Of a stretch of 64,000 bases of DNA, positions 40,095-50,867 are shown piece after piece. The notes beneath the pieces were generated by a model that was given only the letters and a program-made list of their open reading frames with translations, did no database searches and was not told the origin of the DNA. The translations under genes and the position numbers were made by a program. The stretch comes from Nitrospirota bacterium. GTDB lineage: Bacteria; Nitrospirota; Thermodesulfovibrionia; Thermodesulfovibrionales; Dissulfurispiraceae. The stretch covers positions 640,001 through 704,000 of the forward strand of contig CAWBMP010000002.1 of assembly GCA_963790025.1 (NCBI GenBank), read 5' to 3'. Positions within the stretch are counted from its first letter, which is position 1; each line of letters starts with the position of its first letter.

Positions 40095-41204
40095 TTAATG
40101 GTATTCCTCGAACTTCCCGTTTTTTGTTATCCATACTACATACGGCGACTGGGCCACGTCGCCTTTTTCGGTAAATCTTATCCTTCCGAGAGAACCGTTA
40201 AACTCAAGTGAATGAATTTTTTCCGCAACGGCCTTGCCTTCTGTTGTGCCGGCAGCCTGGATGGATGCAAGCAATATATTTGCCGCTTCATAGGCATAAA
40301 TGGAATAAGGTCCCATTTCGCCGTATTTTGAAGTATATTTTTCTATAAAGCCCCGGGCAGCCGGTATGTTCTTCGGATCCGGACTGAATGTGAGATAGGT
40401 TCCCTCCGCAGCTTTGCTTCCCGCAATCTCAACGAACTTGGGGTCGATAGAACCGTCTCCGCTCATAAAAGGGACCATCAAACTTACTTCCCGTGCCTGT
40501 TTTACAAGAAGACCGGTTTCAGGATATATTCCGCCAAAGTAGATAAGATCGGGGTTTTTTTCCTTTACAGAAGTAAGGACGGGCTTGAAATCCTTATCTC
40601 CCAGGGTAATCCCTCCTGTGTAAACCACTTCTATGCTACCCGAAAGGTTTTTTCTGAATTCCTCCGCCAGACCTTGCCCGTAAGTGGTTTTATCATGAAT
40701 TATGGCAACCCGTTTTATAGCGAGCTTGTTGCTGACAAATTCGGCGGCGACTTTGCCCTGCTGGTCATCCCTGCCGCATACCCTGAAAACATTTCTGTAT
40801 CCACGTTCTGTGAGCAGGGGATTCGTTGAAGCCGGCGTTATCATTGGGATATTTGCACGATTATAAACATCCGATGCGGGAATCGAACAGCTGGAATTAT
40901 AGTGGCCTACTATTCCTGCAACCCCTTCGTTGCTCAATTTATTGGCAACTTCCACCGCCTGCTTGGGATCGGCCTGGTCATCGCCAAGTATAATTTCTAC
41001 TTTCTTGCCCAAAACGCCGCCTTTGGCATTCCATTCCTCTACGGCTATACCGCCTCCATTTTTAAAGTCACTCCCTATTTTAGCCTGGGCACCTGTCATC
41101 TGGGCAGCGATAGCTATTTTTATAGTTTCTTCCTTTTTCGAGCAGCCTGCAACCACAAGCAGAAAAACTGCACACACCGTAAAAGACAGGGCAAACCGTT
41201 TCAT
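40095..41204 (-). CDS. Branched-chain amino acid ABC transporter substrate-binding lipoprotein (LivK/LivJ-like)
   Basis: Lipobox VAGC, DDQADP, GHYNS and FRVCGRDDQQG motifs. Confidence 0.9.
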   Translation of the reverse strand: MKRFALSFTVCAVFLLVVAGCSKKEETIKIAIAAQMTGAQAKIGSDFKNGGGIAVEEWNAKGGVLGKKVEIILGDDQADPKQAVEVANKLSNEGVAGIVGHYNSSCSIPASDVYNRANIPMITPASTNPLLTERGYRNVFRVCGRDDQQGKVAAEFVSNKLAIKRVAIIHDKTTYGQGLAEEFRKNLSGSIEVVYTGGITLGDKDFKPVLTSVKEKNPDLIYFGGIYPETGLLVKQAREVSLMVPFMSGDGSIDPKFVEIAGSKAAEGTYLTFSPDPKNIPAARGFIEKYTSKYGEMGPYSIYAYEAANILLASIQAAGTTEGKAVAEKIHSLEFNGSLGRIRFTEKGDVAQSPYVVWITKNGKFEEYH

Positions 41205-41278
41205 AAAGCATTTCCTCCTTAATAATATGTTTCTAACCGCAGCAGTTCAGAGAATAAAAAATGTAAGACATATCCCCA

Positions 41279-41920
41279 TTACACATTCCGAATTGAAGTT
41301 TTAGCATATTTAAGAAATCTCTGCACATTTTGTTTTATATCGCCCTCCAGTAGCCCCGATGATACAGCGACACACGCGCAACCGGTTTCAAAGACAGACA
41401 GGACATTGTCAGTCTTTATCCCCCCGATTGCCACTACGGGAAGTGTCACGGCATTTATCACCGCTTGCAACCCCTCCACCCCCTTAGGGGCTCCCACCTC
41501 TTTTGTTGTTGAAGGAAAGATCGAACCAAAGCCTATGTAATCGGCACCGCCTCTTTCAGCTTCGAGCGCTTCCTTAATGGAGTGAGTCGAGATCCCAATT
41601 ATTCTATTTCCCATGAGCCTTCTAGCCTCACCTAGAGGAAGGTCTTCCTGACCAAGATGCACACCGTCAGCGTCAACAGCTAGGGCGATATCGGCATAGT
41701 CATTGATAACAAGACAGGCGTTGAACTTCCTGGTGATTTCTCTCAGCTGCAGAGCTTCAGAAAAGGCCTCTTTTGCAGTCTTGCCTTTCCCCCTGTATTG
41801 GACCCATCTTATGCCGGACTCAACGATTATCGTGATATTCTTCTGCAGCGTGCCGCTAATGCCTGATGGACCCGTAATGAAGCAAATACGATGGTTCTTG
41901 AAGTCAAAGCTACTCGGCAA
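41279..41920 (-). CDS. thiE: Thiamine-phosphate synthase
   Basis: VQYR, IND, GVHLGQED, IGISTH and VAIGGI motifs. Confidence 0.93.
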   Translation of the reverse strand: MPSSFDFKNHRICFITGPSGISGTLQKNITIIVESGIRWVQYRGKGKTAKEAFSEALQLREITRKFNACLVINDYADIALAVDADGVHLGQEDLPLGEARRLMGNRIIGISTHSIKEALEAERGGADYIGFGSIFPSTTKEVGAPKGVEGLQAVINAVTLPVVAIGGIKTDNVLSVFETGCACVAVSSGLLEGDIKQNVQRFLKYAKTSIRNV

Positions 41921-43295
41921 TGCCGTTTTTCCCAGCCTCTACAGAATGTTCAAGTTCTGCCATCCTTTCAATAAAGTCCGTGCTAAAATTGCCCTTTATA
42001 AAAACAGGATGATTTAAGACTTTCTTGTGAAAATCAATAGTCGTCTTTATCCCCTCGATAATAAACATGTCTAGTGCCATCTTCATTTTTGCAATGGCAT
42101 CCTCTCTGTTTTTTGCATGGACCACCAGTTTTGCGATCATCGAGTCATAGTGAGAAGGAACTACCCAACCAGCGTATGCTGCAGTATCAACTCGCACTCC
42201 CGGACCGCCGGGCGGTAGAAAAAATGTCAACTTGCCTGGAGAAGGGATAAACTTTTCAGGGTCTTCAGCGTTTATCCTGCATTCTATCACATGCCCTGTA
42301 AGCTTGATCTGGCCCTGTTTATACAAAAAAGGGAATCCGGCGGCTATCTTGATCTGTTCCTTTATAATGTCAATACCGGTGAGTTCTTCAGTAACCGGGT
42401 GTTCCACCTGTATCCTGGTATTCATCTCCATGAAATATATATTTTGTTCCTGGTCAACGATGAACTCCATCGTGCCCACATTTTTATATTTCATCGCCTT
42501 TGCAGCGCGCACAGCAAGCTCTCCCAGCTTTTTGCGAAACTTCTCCGTCGCAACGGGCGATGGGGCCTCCTCTATGAGCTTTTGATGCCTCCTCTGGATG
42601 GAACAGTCGCGTTCTCCAAGATGGATCACATTCCCCCTGCCGTCGGAGATTATCTGGACCTCGATATGCCGGATAGAAGTCAAGTATTTTTCAATATACA
42701 CTTCACTATTGGCAAACGAGGCGAGCGCCTCACGCTGCGCCATATGAAAGGCAGGGGCTACCCCGTCCTCATCGTTGACAATCCTCATTCCCCTGCCCCC
42801 GCCTCCGGCGGAGGCTTTTATAATGACAGGCAAGCCTATCTTCTTCGCCACCTTGAGCGCCGCCTCCGCAGACTCCACCGGTCCGTCACTGCCAGGCACC
42901 ACCGGAATTCCGCGCCGCTTCATTACAAGGCGGGCCTTCGCCTTGTCGCCGCCCATTTTCATATTCTCCACAGACGGTCCTATAAAGGTAATGCCTGATG
43001 TCGCGCATGATTCGGCGAACTGCGGGTTTTCTGAAAGAAAACCATAGCCCGGGTGGATTGCTTCAGAATCGGTAAGTTCCGCAGCGCTGAGGATTGCAGG
43101 TATACTCAAATAGCTATATGTCGGATTTGCAGGACCTATACAGATAGACTCGTCAGCAACTCTTATGTGCAGGGCGTCACGTTCGACATCGGAAAAAATG
43201 GCAACGGTTTTGATTCCGAGTTCCTTGCATGCACGAATAATGCGTACTGCAATCTCCCCCCGGTTGGCAATCAGTATTTTTTTAAATAGCTTCAA
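41910..43295 (-). CDS. accC: Acetyl-CoA carboxylase biotin carboxylase
   Basis: ANRGEIA, HPGYGFLSEN and EMNTRIQVEH motifs. Confidence 0.97.
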   Translation of the reverse strand: MKLFKKILIANRGEIAVRIIRACKELGIKTVAIFSDVERDALHIRVADESICIGPANPTYSYLSIPAILSAAELTDSEAIHPGYGFLSENPQFAESCATSGITFIGPSVENMKMGGDKAKARLVMKRRGIPVVPGSDGPVESAEAALKVAKKIGLPVIIKASAGGGGRGMRIVNDEDGVAPAFHMAQREALASFANSEVYIEKYLTSIRHIEVQIISDGRGNVIHLGERDCSIQRRHQKLIEEAPSPVATEKFRKKLGELAVRAAKAMKYKNVGTMEFIVDQEQNIYFMEMNTRIQVEHPVTEELTGIDIIKEQIKIAAGFPFLYKQGQIKLTGHVIECRINAEDPEKFIPSPGKLTFFLPPGGPGVRVDTAAYAGWVVPSHYDSMIAKLVVHAKNREDAIAKMKMALDMFIIEGIKTTIDFHKKVLNHPVFIKGNFSTDFIERMAELEHSVEAGKNGIAE

Positions 43296-43752
43296 CGCCG
43301 TCTACCCCTGCGGGCTCGATCAAAAAAAGCGGTTCGCCATATTCTACAGGGTGCCCGTTTTCGACCAGCATCTTCATCACTACGCCATCAATCTCACTCT
43401 CGATTTCATTCATAAGTTTCATGGCCTCTATAATGCATAAGATCTGTCCCTTTTTCACGACTGTACCCGCATCGACAAAAGGCTCAGCGTCAGGCGACGG
43501 TGACCGGTAGAAGGTGCCTACAATCGGAGATGTCACAGTAAAGAGCTTGCCTTCCGGCTCCGGTTCCGTTGCAGGTTCCTCCTTACCGTGCATATCTCTC
43601 CTGCCGGGCATAATCGTTTGCGGGACCTCAAGGTGACTGAAAAATTTATCTCGCCGGATTTTAACCTTAACACCGTCCTTCTCTACCACAAGTTCCGTTA
43701 TATCTGTATCTTTTAAAAGACCAATTAATTCTTTCAAATCGTCAAATTCCAT
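43282..43752 (-). CDS. accB: Biotin carboxyl carrier protein
   Basis: SPIVGTFY and EAMKLMNEI motifs. Confidence 0.95.
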   Translation of the reverse strand: MEFDDLKELIGLLKDTDITELVVEKDGVKVKIRRDKFFSHLEVPQTIMPGRRDMHGKEEPATEPEPEGKLFTVTSPIVGTFYRSPSPDAEPFVDAGTVVKKGQILCIIEAMKLMNEIESEIDGVVMKMLVENGHPVEYGEPLFLIEPAGVDGVEAI

Positions 43753-43776
43753 TATGGCCTCCTCCAATTAGCTTGC

Positions 43777-43882
43777 AGCGTTATAGCGTTCAGCGCACAG
43801 TGTACAACTGAAAGGATTGGGATTGTATACAAATTTGTATTATGCCTTTACCGCTGTACGCTGAACCCTGAACGCACAACGC
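43777..43882. repeat. Inverted heptamer arms (CAGCGTT type) between efp and accB
   Basis: cagcgttatagcgttcagcgcacag ... ccgctgtacgctgaaccctgaacgc. Confidence 0.7.
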
Positions 43883-44442
43883 TATTTCACCTTTTCAATA
43901 TAGTCCGACGTCCTGGTATCTATCTTCAACACATCGCCAATAGCAATATGGAAAGGTACTTTCACCACAAGTCCGGTTTCGAGCTTCGCTGGTTTTGTGG
44001 ACCCCGAGGCCGTATCTCCCCGGAAAGCAGGATCTGTTTCTACTACAGCAAGCTCTACAAACATCGGCGGTTCGACCGTCATAGGCGAGTCTTTATAATA
44101 AAGAATCTTCACAGTCATGTTCTCTTTAATGAATTTCATTGTGTCACCAAGCTGAGCTGACGTTAAGGGGACCTGCTCAAACGACTCGGTATCCATGAAA
44201 TAGTAAAGAGTGTCCTGGGCGTACAGATACTGCATATCTTTCTCTTCGAGGCCCGGCGACTGAAATTTTTCTCCAGACCTGAATGTGTCTTCAAGGACGC
44301 TTCCTGTCTTCATGTTTTTCATTTTGGTCCTAACTACAGCACCGCCCCTTCCCATCTTGACATGCTGGAAGTCGACAATCTCAACCGGCTCTCCCTTGTA
44401 TACTATTTTTGCACCTTTTCTGAAATCACTTGTGCTAAGCAA
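43882..44442 (-). CDS. efp: Elongation factor P
   Basis: FQHVKMGRGGA (Arg at the modified position), GDTA and KPAKLETG motifs. Confidence 0.97.
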   Translation of the reverse strand: MLSTSDFRKGAKIVYKGEPVEIVDFQHVKMGRGGAVVRTKMKNMKTGSVLEDTFRSGEKFQSPGLEEKDMQYLYAQDTLYYFMDTESFEQVPLTSAQLGDTMKFIKENMTVKILYYKDSPMTVEPPMFVELAVVETDPAFRGDTASGSTKPAKLETGLVVKVPFHIAIGDVLKIDTRTSDYIEKVK

Positions 44443-44506
44443 TGAATACCTCCCTATATATTAGCTCATAGCTGAGAGCTAAGAGCCGAGGGCCTTTTTT
44501 AATGAG

Positions 44507-45580
44507 CTATTTTACTATTTCGAGTTCCCTGCTGAGGCCCGTTAAAAGCATGCCTTTTTCACCCTTTAAAGCTACCACATCCTCTATCCGCACGCCGCCT
44601 AATTTCGGTATATAGATGCCGGGCTCTATAGTGAAGACAAAACCGTCGGCAATCCTGTCCCCTGCAGCCCATGACACGCGCGGAGCCTCATGCACATCAA
44701 GTCCGACTCCGTGGCCGGTCCCGTGGCCAAAAAATTCATTGTATCCAGCCTCTTTTATAGTTTCACGGGCAGCCCGGTCAATAGCCTGTGTCTTAACCCC
44801 TGCCCCAACAGCAGACACAGCTCTTTGTAGCGCCTTGTTTACGACATTGTATATTTTAATCTTTTCCTGGAGGTCGGCGCCTGCCATAAGCAGCGTTCTC
44901 GTCATGTCGGAATAATAACCTTCAGCTTCCCCGCCCCAGTCAATTATAACAAAATCCCCTTTTTGTATTTTCTTATCAGTTGGCTGAGCATGCGGTTTCG
45001 AAGCATTATAGCCGGAAGCAACTATAGTATCAAATGGTATATTTCTACATCCTTCTTTCTTGAGCTGCTCCTCAAGTCTCAGGGATATTTCCCTTTCCCT
45101 TGCCCCGACTTTTATCCTCGGTTTGACTTTCAGGAAGGCGGCTTCCGCTCTTTCTATCGCCTTCTGAATAAGGCTGATTTCCGCCACATCCTTCACTTTT
45201 CTCAAATTCTCTATGGTGTTTGCCAAGGGCTCCAGTGTAACTTTCAAGCCCTGGAGCAATAAATAAAAGTCATAAGAGAGCGATGTCTCGAATCCAAGCC
45301 TCCTGACACCCAGGGATTTGACGAGGCGCCGGAGCAATGCCGCTCTTTTGCCTTTTTCATTACCGATTTCATACCCCTGGACCTCTGCTTCCGCTTGCTC
45401 CGTATACCGGAAATCGGTAAAGAACAGCGACCTCTCTTTTGTGATAAGCGCAAAGCCTGATGAACCGGTGAAACCGGTCAGATAGCGTACATTTTTTATA
45501 TCGCTGACATAGAAGGCTTCTATATTCTTTTCCCTGAGTACCTTCCAAACACCTTTTATTCTCGATTCCTGCTGTATCAT
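44507..45580 (-). CDS. Xaa-Pro aminopeptidase (M24)
   Basis: YLTGFTGS, SDMTRT, HGTGHGVGLDVHE and GVRIED motifs. Confidence 0.93.
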   Translation of the reverse strand: MIQQESRIKGVWKVLREKNIEAFYVSDIKNVRYLTGFTGSSGFALITKERSLFFTDFRYTEQAEAEVQGYEIGNEKGKRAALLRRLVKSLGVRRLGFETSLSYDFYLLLQGLKVTLEPLANTIENLRKVKDVAEISLIQKAIERAEAAFLKVKPRIKVGAREREISLRLEEQLKKEGCRNIPFDTIVASGYNASKPHAQPTDKKIQKGDFVIIDWGGEAEGYYSDMTRTLLMAGADLQEKIKIYNVVNKALQRAVSAVGAGVKTQAIDRAARETIKEAGYNEFFGHGTGHGVGLDVHEAPRVSWAAGDRIADGFVFTIEPGIYIPKLGGVRIEDVVALKGEKGMLLTGLSRELEIVK

Positions 45581-45599
45581 TATGTTTACTGATTCCCGT

Positions 45600-46292
45600 T
45601 CACTGTGGACTTTGAAATGCAAACTGTTTCTTTATTGCTTCAAGGAAATTGTCTAATTTCTTTACAATAGTCTCTTTGTCTTTTCCCAAAAATTTGATAA
45701 GAGCTGCCAGTTCTTCTTTCCGCTGCAGTATTCGTTTGTTACCCGGGTTGCGTATAAGCATTTCCTTATACAATTCCATGGCCTCGGTATTTCGCCCAAG
45801 AGCAATAAGCCCTTCAGCCTCTTTCAACTTCGATAAGTCAGAATCGGGTGCCCTTAAAGCCGGTGTCGAAGGCCCTTTCGGTGCATGGTGCCGGGAACTG
45901 ACTGCTGACATCATTCCTCCGGCGGAGGGTCCTATTTCATGAACTTTTATATATTCTTCTGAAACGGGTTCGGTGATACCAAGTCCTCTGCATGCCGCTG
46001 CAAGCCCCTTACGGGCGAAACTGTTGTCGGGAGCTTTTTTTAGAACTGCTGAAAATTGTTCTTGCGCCTCTGCAAACTTACTGCCATGGAGATACCATCT
46101 CCCCAGAGTTACCTGTGCGGCAAGGAAATCGGGGTTTTTCATGATACCATCAACCATCAGATGAACAGCTTCATCAATCTGGTCCAGCTTCTTCAACTCT
46201 TCTGCAAGAGATAGAAAGAGCTTTGAATCCGGTTTCTGCTTCAGTCGCTCTCTGAGCCTCTCCATATAGGTGGTGCCGTCAACATTAACCAC
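45600..46292 (-). CDS. Tetratricopeptide repeat protein
   Basis: TPR-like helices (FLSLAEEL, AAQVTLGR). Confidence 0.75.
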   Translation of the reverse strand: MVNVDGTTYMERLRERLKQKPDSKLFLSLAEELKKLDQIDEAVHLMVDGIMKNPDFLAAQVTLGRWYLHGSKFAEAQEQFSAVLKKAPDNSFARKGLAAACRGLGITEPVSEEYIKVHEIGPSAGGMMSAVSSRHHAPKGPSTPALRAPDSDLSKLKEAEGLIALGRNTEAMELYKEMLIRNPGNKRILQRKEELAALIKFLGKDKETIVKKLDNFLEAIKKQFAFQSPQ

Positions 46293-46322
46293 AGCGTAAT
46301 CCTCTCCACAAATATTCAGTTA

Positions 46323-47501
46323 CTAATTGTTATACTTTAACTCGATAATTCTGTCAAATATTGCATTTGCCACAGCCGTTTTAGCCATTACCGGAAGCTT
46401 GGTTTCCTGCTTCCTGTCTATTATTATCACCTCATTTGTATCAACATCAAACCCGGCGCCTTTCCTTGTAATATCGTTAAAAACGATCATATCTATATTC
46501 TTTGCGGTGAGCTTCCCGCGGGCCCTATCGATTCTGGCACCAGTTTCCGCAGAGAAGCCGCAAGTAAAAGGACGCTGCTTGAGCTTTCCCACTGCTTCAA
46601 GGATATCGGTGGTTTTAAGGAGATTCAGGGAAAATTTATCTTTCTTCTCTATCTTGCTGCTTTTCGATTCAGCAGGCTTGAAATCCGCCACTGCAGCCGA
46701 CATTATCAGCATCGTCGACATGGGGATATTGTCCATTACCGCAGCAAGCATATCCGGGGCCGATTCGGCATAGATCACGTCGACACCCTCAGGAGGACTG
46801 ATAGAGACCGGCCCGCTTATAAGTGTAACCTCAGCCCCCCGCCTCCTGGCAATCCGCGCAAGCGCATACCCCATTTTGCCTGAGGACCTGTTGGTGATAT
46901 ACCGGATTGGATCGAGGTATTCTCTTGTCGGCCCTGCGGTTATCAGTACCTGTTCGCCCGCCAGGTCCTGTTTAGTCAGGGCGGCAACTGAAGATTCAAG
47001 GATATTTTCGCTATCGGCCATCCTGCCAATGCCTTCCTCGCCGCAGGCCAGGCTCCCCCTTTCGGGCCCGATAAAAAGCACCCCAAGAGAAGCAAGGTAG
47101 TGCAGATTTCTCTGAAAGACAGGGTTTTCATACATCCTCCAGTTCATCGCCGGAGCAATGATTACCTTGCCGTTGAATGCGAGCAGTGTGGTGCTGATCA
47201 TATCGTCGGCAATACCCTGCGCATATTTACTGATTACATTGGCGGTTGCCGGCGCCACGATAAAGAGATCGGCACTTGCCGGAAGACTGATATGCGTTAG
47301 CGGGAACTCAAACATATCAGAGTAAACGTGTTCGCCTGCAGCCAATTCAATTGAAAGAGGTGTAATAAAACGTTTCGAGGCCTCTGTCATGATGACCCTG
47401 ACAGAGGCCCCTTCCTGTTTCAGTTTTTTTATGAGATCGATGGCCTTATAAGCAGCTACACTCCCGGTAATTCCTAAAAGTACAGACTTGCCCTTTAGCA
47501 C
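46323..47501 (-). CDS. coaBC: Phosphopantothenoylcysteine decarboxylase/ligase
   Basis: GSVAAYK, APAMN, TAGPTRE and NRSSGKMG motifs. Confidence 0.95.
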   Translation of the reverse strand: MLKGKSVLLGITGSVAAYKAIDLIKKLKQEGASVRVIMTEASKRFITPLSIELAAGEHVYSDMFEFPLTHISLPASADLFIVAPATANVISKYAQGIADDMISTTLLAFNGKVIIAPAMNWRMYENPVFQRNLHYLASLGVLFIGPERGSLACGEEGIGRMADSENILESSVAALTKQDLAGEQVLITAGPTREYLDPIRYITNRSSGKMGYALARIARRRGAEVTLISGPVSISPPEGVDVIYAESAPDMLAAVMDNIPMSTMLIMSAAVADFKPAESKSSKIEKKDKFSLNLLKTTDILEAVGKLKQRPFTCGFSAETGARIDRARGKLTAKNIDMIVFNDITRKGAGFDVDTNEVIIIDRKQETKLPVMAKTAVANAIFDRIIELKYNN

Positions 47502-47531
47502 AATTACACACTATACGGTTTCGTAAAAAGC

Positions 47532-47924
47532 TTACTCTTCACTTTCTTCGGTTTCTTCGCCCTCGCTAAACAGATCTTCCAGTGCCTTCTCCGGTGATCC
47601 CTTCTCGTGGAGGTATACCTTGAGGTCTTTCTCAAGCTCAGAGAGGTCTTCAAGGGGCTTTCTCTTCTCCTCGATGAGTTTCTTATAGTCGATTTTTTCA
47701 GACTTCTCCTTTGCCGTAATTGCATCCGGACCCGTGAGAAATTCGATTTTATTGCCGACGGCCTCAAGAATAGCCGTTGTGGTCACCTTTTTTGTCTTTG
47801 ACTGGACCTTGGACGAGGCACCCAGGGAAAGCTCGCGTGCCCTCTGGGCGGCAATCACTACAAGCCTGTATCTGCTGTCAATTTCCTTTTTGTCATATTC
47901 AACGGGCAATGCTATTATGTCCAC
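47532..47924 (-). CDS. rpoZ: RNA polymerase omega subunit with an acidic C-terminal extension
   Basis: SRYRLVVIAAQRAREL; gmk-rpoZ-coaBC synteny. Confidence 0.9.
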   Translation of the reverse strand: MDIIALPVEYDKKEIDSRYRLVVIAAQRARELSLGASSKVQSKTKKVTTTAILEAVGNKIEFLTGPDAITAKEKSEKIDYKKLIEEKRKPLEDLSELEKDLKVYLHEKGSPEKALEDLFSEGEETEESEE

Positions 47925-47925
47925 C

Positions 47926-48549
47926 TTATACTTCCTCCTCCAAAAAGTTTCTATGTATCCATTCGTGATCGATGCTCGTTATACACGCCCTCTCGGCTAT
48001 AACAATAGCTTCCAATTCTCTTAGAGCATCTTCCATCTTATCATTTACTATAACATAACCGTAATTTTCGTACTCCTTTATCTCCCCGACAGCGTTCTTG
48101 AGCCTTCTTCCGATAACTTCGTCCGAATCGCTCATCCTTTCCACGAGTCTTTTCCGGAGAACCTCCATTGAGGGCGGCAATATAAAGATGAAGATGCAAT
48201 CAGAGAGGCCCTTTCTTATCTGATGCGCACCCTGCACATCAATGTCCAGTAGCACATCGATGCCGGCGTCAGCCAACTCTTCAATCCTTTTTTTTGAAGT
48301 CCCGTAATAATTGCCATGCACTTCGGCCCACTCGATAAACACCTCTTCATCGATCATCGCTTTGAAAGTGTCTTTATCCACAAACGTATAGTGCAAGTCG
48401 TTTATTTCTCCCGGTCTGGGCATCCTGGTTGTGTAAGATACGGAATGCCGTATCCCGGGAAGGGTCGCGCAGAGTTTATGGCACAACGTGGTTTTCCCGG
48501 CGCCGGATGGGGCCGATATTACAAACAGGCTACCCTTGTTCCTCTTCAT
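47926..48549 (-). CDS. gmk: Guanylate kinase
   Basis: [19 protein letters not shown] and YYGT motifs. Confidence 0.95.
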   Translation of the reverse strand: MKRNKGSLFVISAPSGAGKTTLCHKLCATLPGIRHSVSYTTRMPRPGEINDLHYTFVDKDTFKAMIDEEVFIEWAEVHGNYYGTSKKRIEELADAGIDVLLDIDVQGAHQIRKGLSDCIFIFILPPSMEVLRKRLVERMSDSDEVIGRRLKNAVGEIKEYENYGYVIVNDKMEDALRELEAIVIAERACITSIDHEWIHRNFLEEEV

Positions 48550-48814
48550 CCTCGACCTCTTTGTCGCCCTCTTTAACACTGGCAATCCTCTGTGCTATGG
48601 TTTCCACCTGGATAGCTGATAATATTATATGGTCACTGTCGGTCACAATTATCGACCGGGTCTTCCTTCCTTCGGTTGCATCAATAAGTTTTCCCCTCCC
48701 GCGCGCCTCCTCCCGCAATTTCCTGATCGGTGAGGAACCAGGATTTACAATGGCGACCACCCGCGAGGAATGTATGACATTGCCGAAACCTATATGTATA
48801 AGTGTGCTTTTCAT
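48530..48814 (-). CDS. DUF370/RemA family protein
   Basis: IGFGN and [12 protein letters not shown] motifs. Confidence 0.9.
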   Translation of the reverse strand: MKSTLIHIGFGNVIHSSRVVAIVNPGSSPIRKLREEARGRGKLIDATEGRKTRSIIVTDSDHIILSAIQVETIAQRIASVKEGDKEVEDEEEQG

Positions 48815-48896
48815 AGTGTCAGTGTTTAGTGTCAGTGTCAGTGTTTAGTGTCAGTGTAATTCCTTTACTGACACTGTCACTGTTCACTGTCACTGA
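48815..48896. repeat. Inverted arms of CAGTGT-type tandem repeats
   Basis: agtgtcagtgtttagtgtcagtgtcagtg ... actgacactgtcactgttcactgtcactg. Confidence 0.85.
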
Positions 48897-49738
48897 ATAT
48901 TTTGCACCTGTTCCTTGAGCTTTTCAATGCCTGTTTTTATTTCGATAGTCAGGTTTATTATTCTTATATCGTCTGCTTTTGACGCAATAGTGTTCGCCTC
49001 CCGGTACATCTCCTGCATAAGGAAATCGAGTTTTCTGCCCACTGCCTCGCCATGATAAAGGAAGGACTTGAATTGCTGAAAATGGCTGCGAAGCCGCGCC
49101 AATTCCTCTGTAATATCACTCTTCTGTGCAAGCAGAGCAACTTCCTGAGCGAGCCTGGTCTCATCGATTGTTATGGTGGAGGACAGTTCCTCAACTTTCC
49201 TCGCAAGAACTTCCTTATGTGCCATAGCCATGTCCCGCGAAAATACCTCGACCTGTTCCCTGAGGCCCTCGACCCGTCCGGCATGGAACTCCAGCTCTTT
49301 TTTCAGCGCCTCCCCCTCTTTATTGCGCATCTCCTCAACACGCGTTACGGCATCGCGCAGCGCATCATAAAGATCATCGGCACTATACGCCGGCTCCTCA
49401 GTCAACAAAAATTCACGGTACCATGACAAAAAACTGATATCAAGAGACCCCGGGATTGACAATGATTTCTGTAAATCCAAAATCGTGTCATAAATATCTC
49501 TTACCAGTTCCTTGTTGGCACGTACCTTGACCTGCCGTTTATCGGTCAGTGATATAGTAATGTCGAACTTGCCCCGCGCAAACCGTTCTTTAATCAAATT
49601 CCTGACCGGTATTTCGTGTTCCATGAGAAAAGAAGGCATCTTGACGTTCACATCGACATACCGATGGTTTAGAGACCGCACCTCGACCTTAAAACCCTTT
49701 CTTTCGGCAGCCCCGTAACCCGTCATGCTCTGAATCAT
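48890..49738 (-). CDS. YicC/YloC family endoribonuclease
   Basis: SMTGYG, RSLNHRY, GRKLDFLMQEM and EQVQNI motifs. Confidence 0.93.
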   Translation of the reverse strand: MIQSMTGYGAAERKGFKVEVRSLNHRYVDVNVKMPSFLMEHEIPVRNLIKERFARGKFDITISLTDKRQVKVRANKELVRDIYDTILDLQKSLSIPGSLDISFLSWYREFLLTEEPAYSADDLYDALRDAVTRVEEMRNKEGEALKKELEFHAGRVEGLREQVEVFSRDMAMAHKEVLARKVEELSSTITIDETRLAQEVALLAQKSDITEELARLRSHFQQFKSFLYHGEAVGRKLDFLMQEMYREANTIASKADDIRIINLTIEIKTGIEKLKEQVQNIQ

Positions 49739-49998
49739 GCCTTTACCCCCGTTATTTTCACTATCTTTCTCCTGGAAGTCCCGCCCCTGAGTATTATTAT
49801 ATTACTTTTCCTGACACCAAACTTTTCTGCCAGAAGTTCTATAAGCTGTTCATTCGCCGCACCTCCAACCGGAGGGGCCGTAAGTTTGACCTTGAGCACG
49901 TTATCCGTAACACCGGCAATCTCCTTTTTTGAAGACCGCGGGTCAACTTTAACTTCAATGATTATACCATCCTTCGTTTTACTGTAGGGAATTTCCAT
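49735..49998 (-). CDS. DUF167/YggU family protein
   Basis: LKVKLTAPPVGGAAN..GGTSRRK. Confidence 0.85.
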   Translation of the reverse strand: MEIPYSKTKDGIIIEVKVDPRSSKKEIAGVTDNVLKVKLTAPPVGGAANEQLIELLAEKFGVRKSNIIILRGGTSRRKIVKITGVKA

Positions 49999-50863
49999 TC
50001 TGCCTTCTAAACCGGGGTTGATAATATACCTCACCTCCTGCGATCGTTGCAACAGCGAGGACGACTCCGCAGATAACATCTATTACATAGTGGTACCTGC
50101 AGTAGACTGCGGCAAAAATCAGGAGCGCTACAGGGGCGATCATGAACCAGAATAACGTTCTTTCGTAGCGATATGCCAGGAAAAGCACTGTGAGCGCAAC
50201 CCCGGTATGCCCGCTGGGGAATGCATCCCTTTTAACTCCCTCGAGGAGATTGAGCACGCCCTGTATCGGACCGGAGACTAAATAGCCATCCAGATTCACG
50301 ACCTGGAGGTGTTGCATTGTATACCGCGGACCGAGTGCAGGGAAAAGCAGGTAGCCGATATAAGACAAATAAAAGCATAGAAGCATCAAAAAAAGCGATT
50401 TTTCAAATGCCTCCCTTTTTCCCTTAACCCATAACACCATGCCAAGGATAATCGGAAGGAAATAATAGGTCGCATAGGCGGTTTCAAGTACATCCGTAAG
50501 AAATGGGTTAATCATTCCCTCAAGAAAAACAGTGGGGTATTCACGAAAAATGCGATAATCAATTCTTATAAGCAGGTAGTCGATATCGTGCGGATTGATG
50601 TTGTGCACAATCAGGCCAAGGCTGTCAAAAATAATGAGCACGCTGAGGACGGGGAAAATCAGATCATGGACCACAGCAAAGAATTTAGTGCTCCGGCCCA
50701 AATTCACCAGCACAATCTGAAAAAGCGCCAGTGATGAATATATAACCATTAGGTATCCGGCGGCAGGAATTTTATCGAAAAAAAACAGCGTCAGGACCAA
50801 CAGAAATAGGCTGAACACGATGGTAGCGGCATCTGCCGGCCTGCATTTCAGAAACCGTATCAT
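49979..50863 (-). CDS. PAP2-family membrane phosphatase/phosphotransferase
   Basis: PALGP, AFPSGH and RYHYVID motifs. Confidence 0.85.
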   Translation of the reverse strand: MIRFLKCRPADAATIVFSLFLLVLTLFFFDKIPAAGYLMVIYSSLALFQIVLVNLGRSTKFFAVVHDLIFPVLSVLIIFDSLGLIVHNINPHDIDYLLIRIDYRIFREYPTVFLEGMINPFLTDVLETAYATYYFLPIILGMVLWVKGKREAFEKSLFLMLLCFYLSYIGYLLFPALGPRYTMQHLQVVNLDGYLVSGPIQGVLNLLEGVKRDAFPSGHTGVALTVLFLAYRYERTLFWFMIAPVALLIFAAVYCRYHYVIDVICGVVLAVATIAGGEVYYQPRFRRQNGNSLQ

Positions 50864-50867
50864 AATA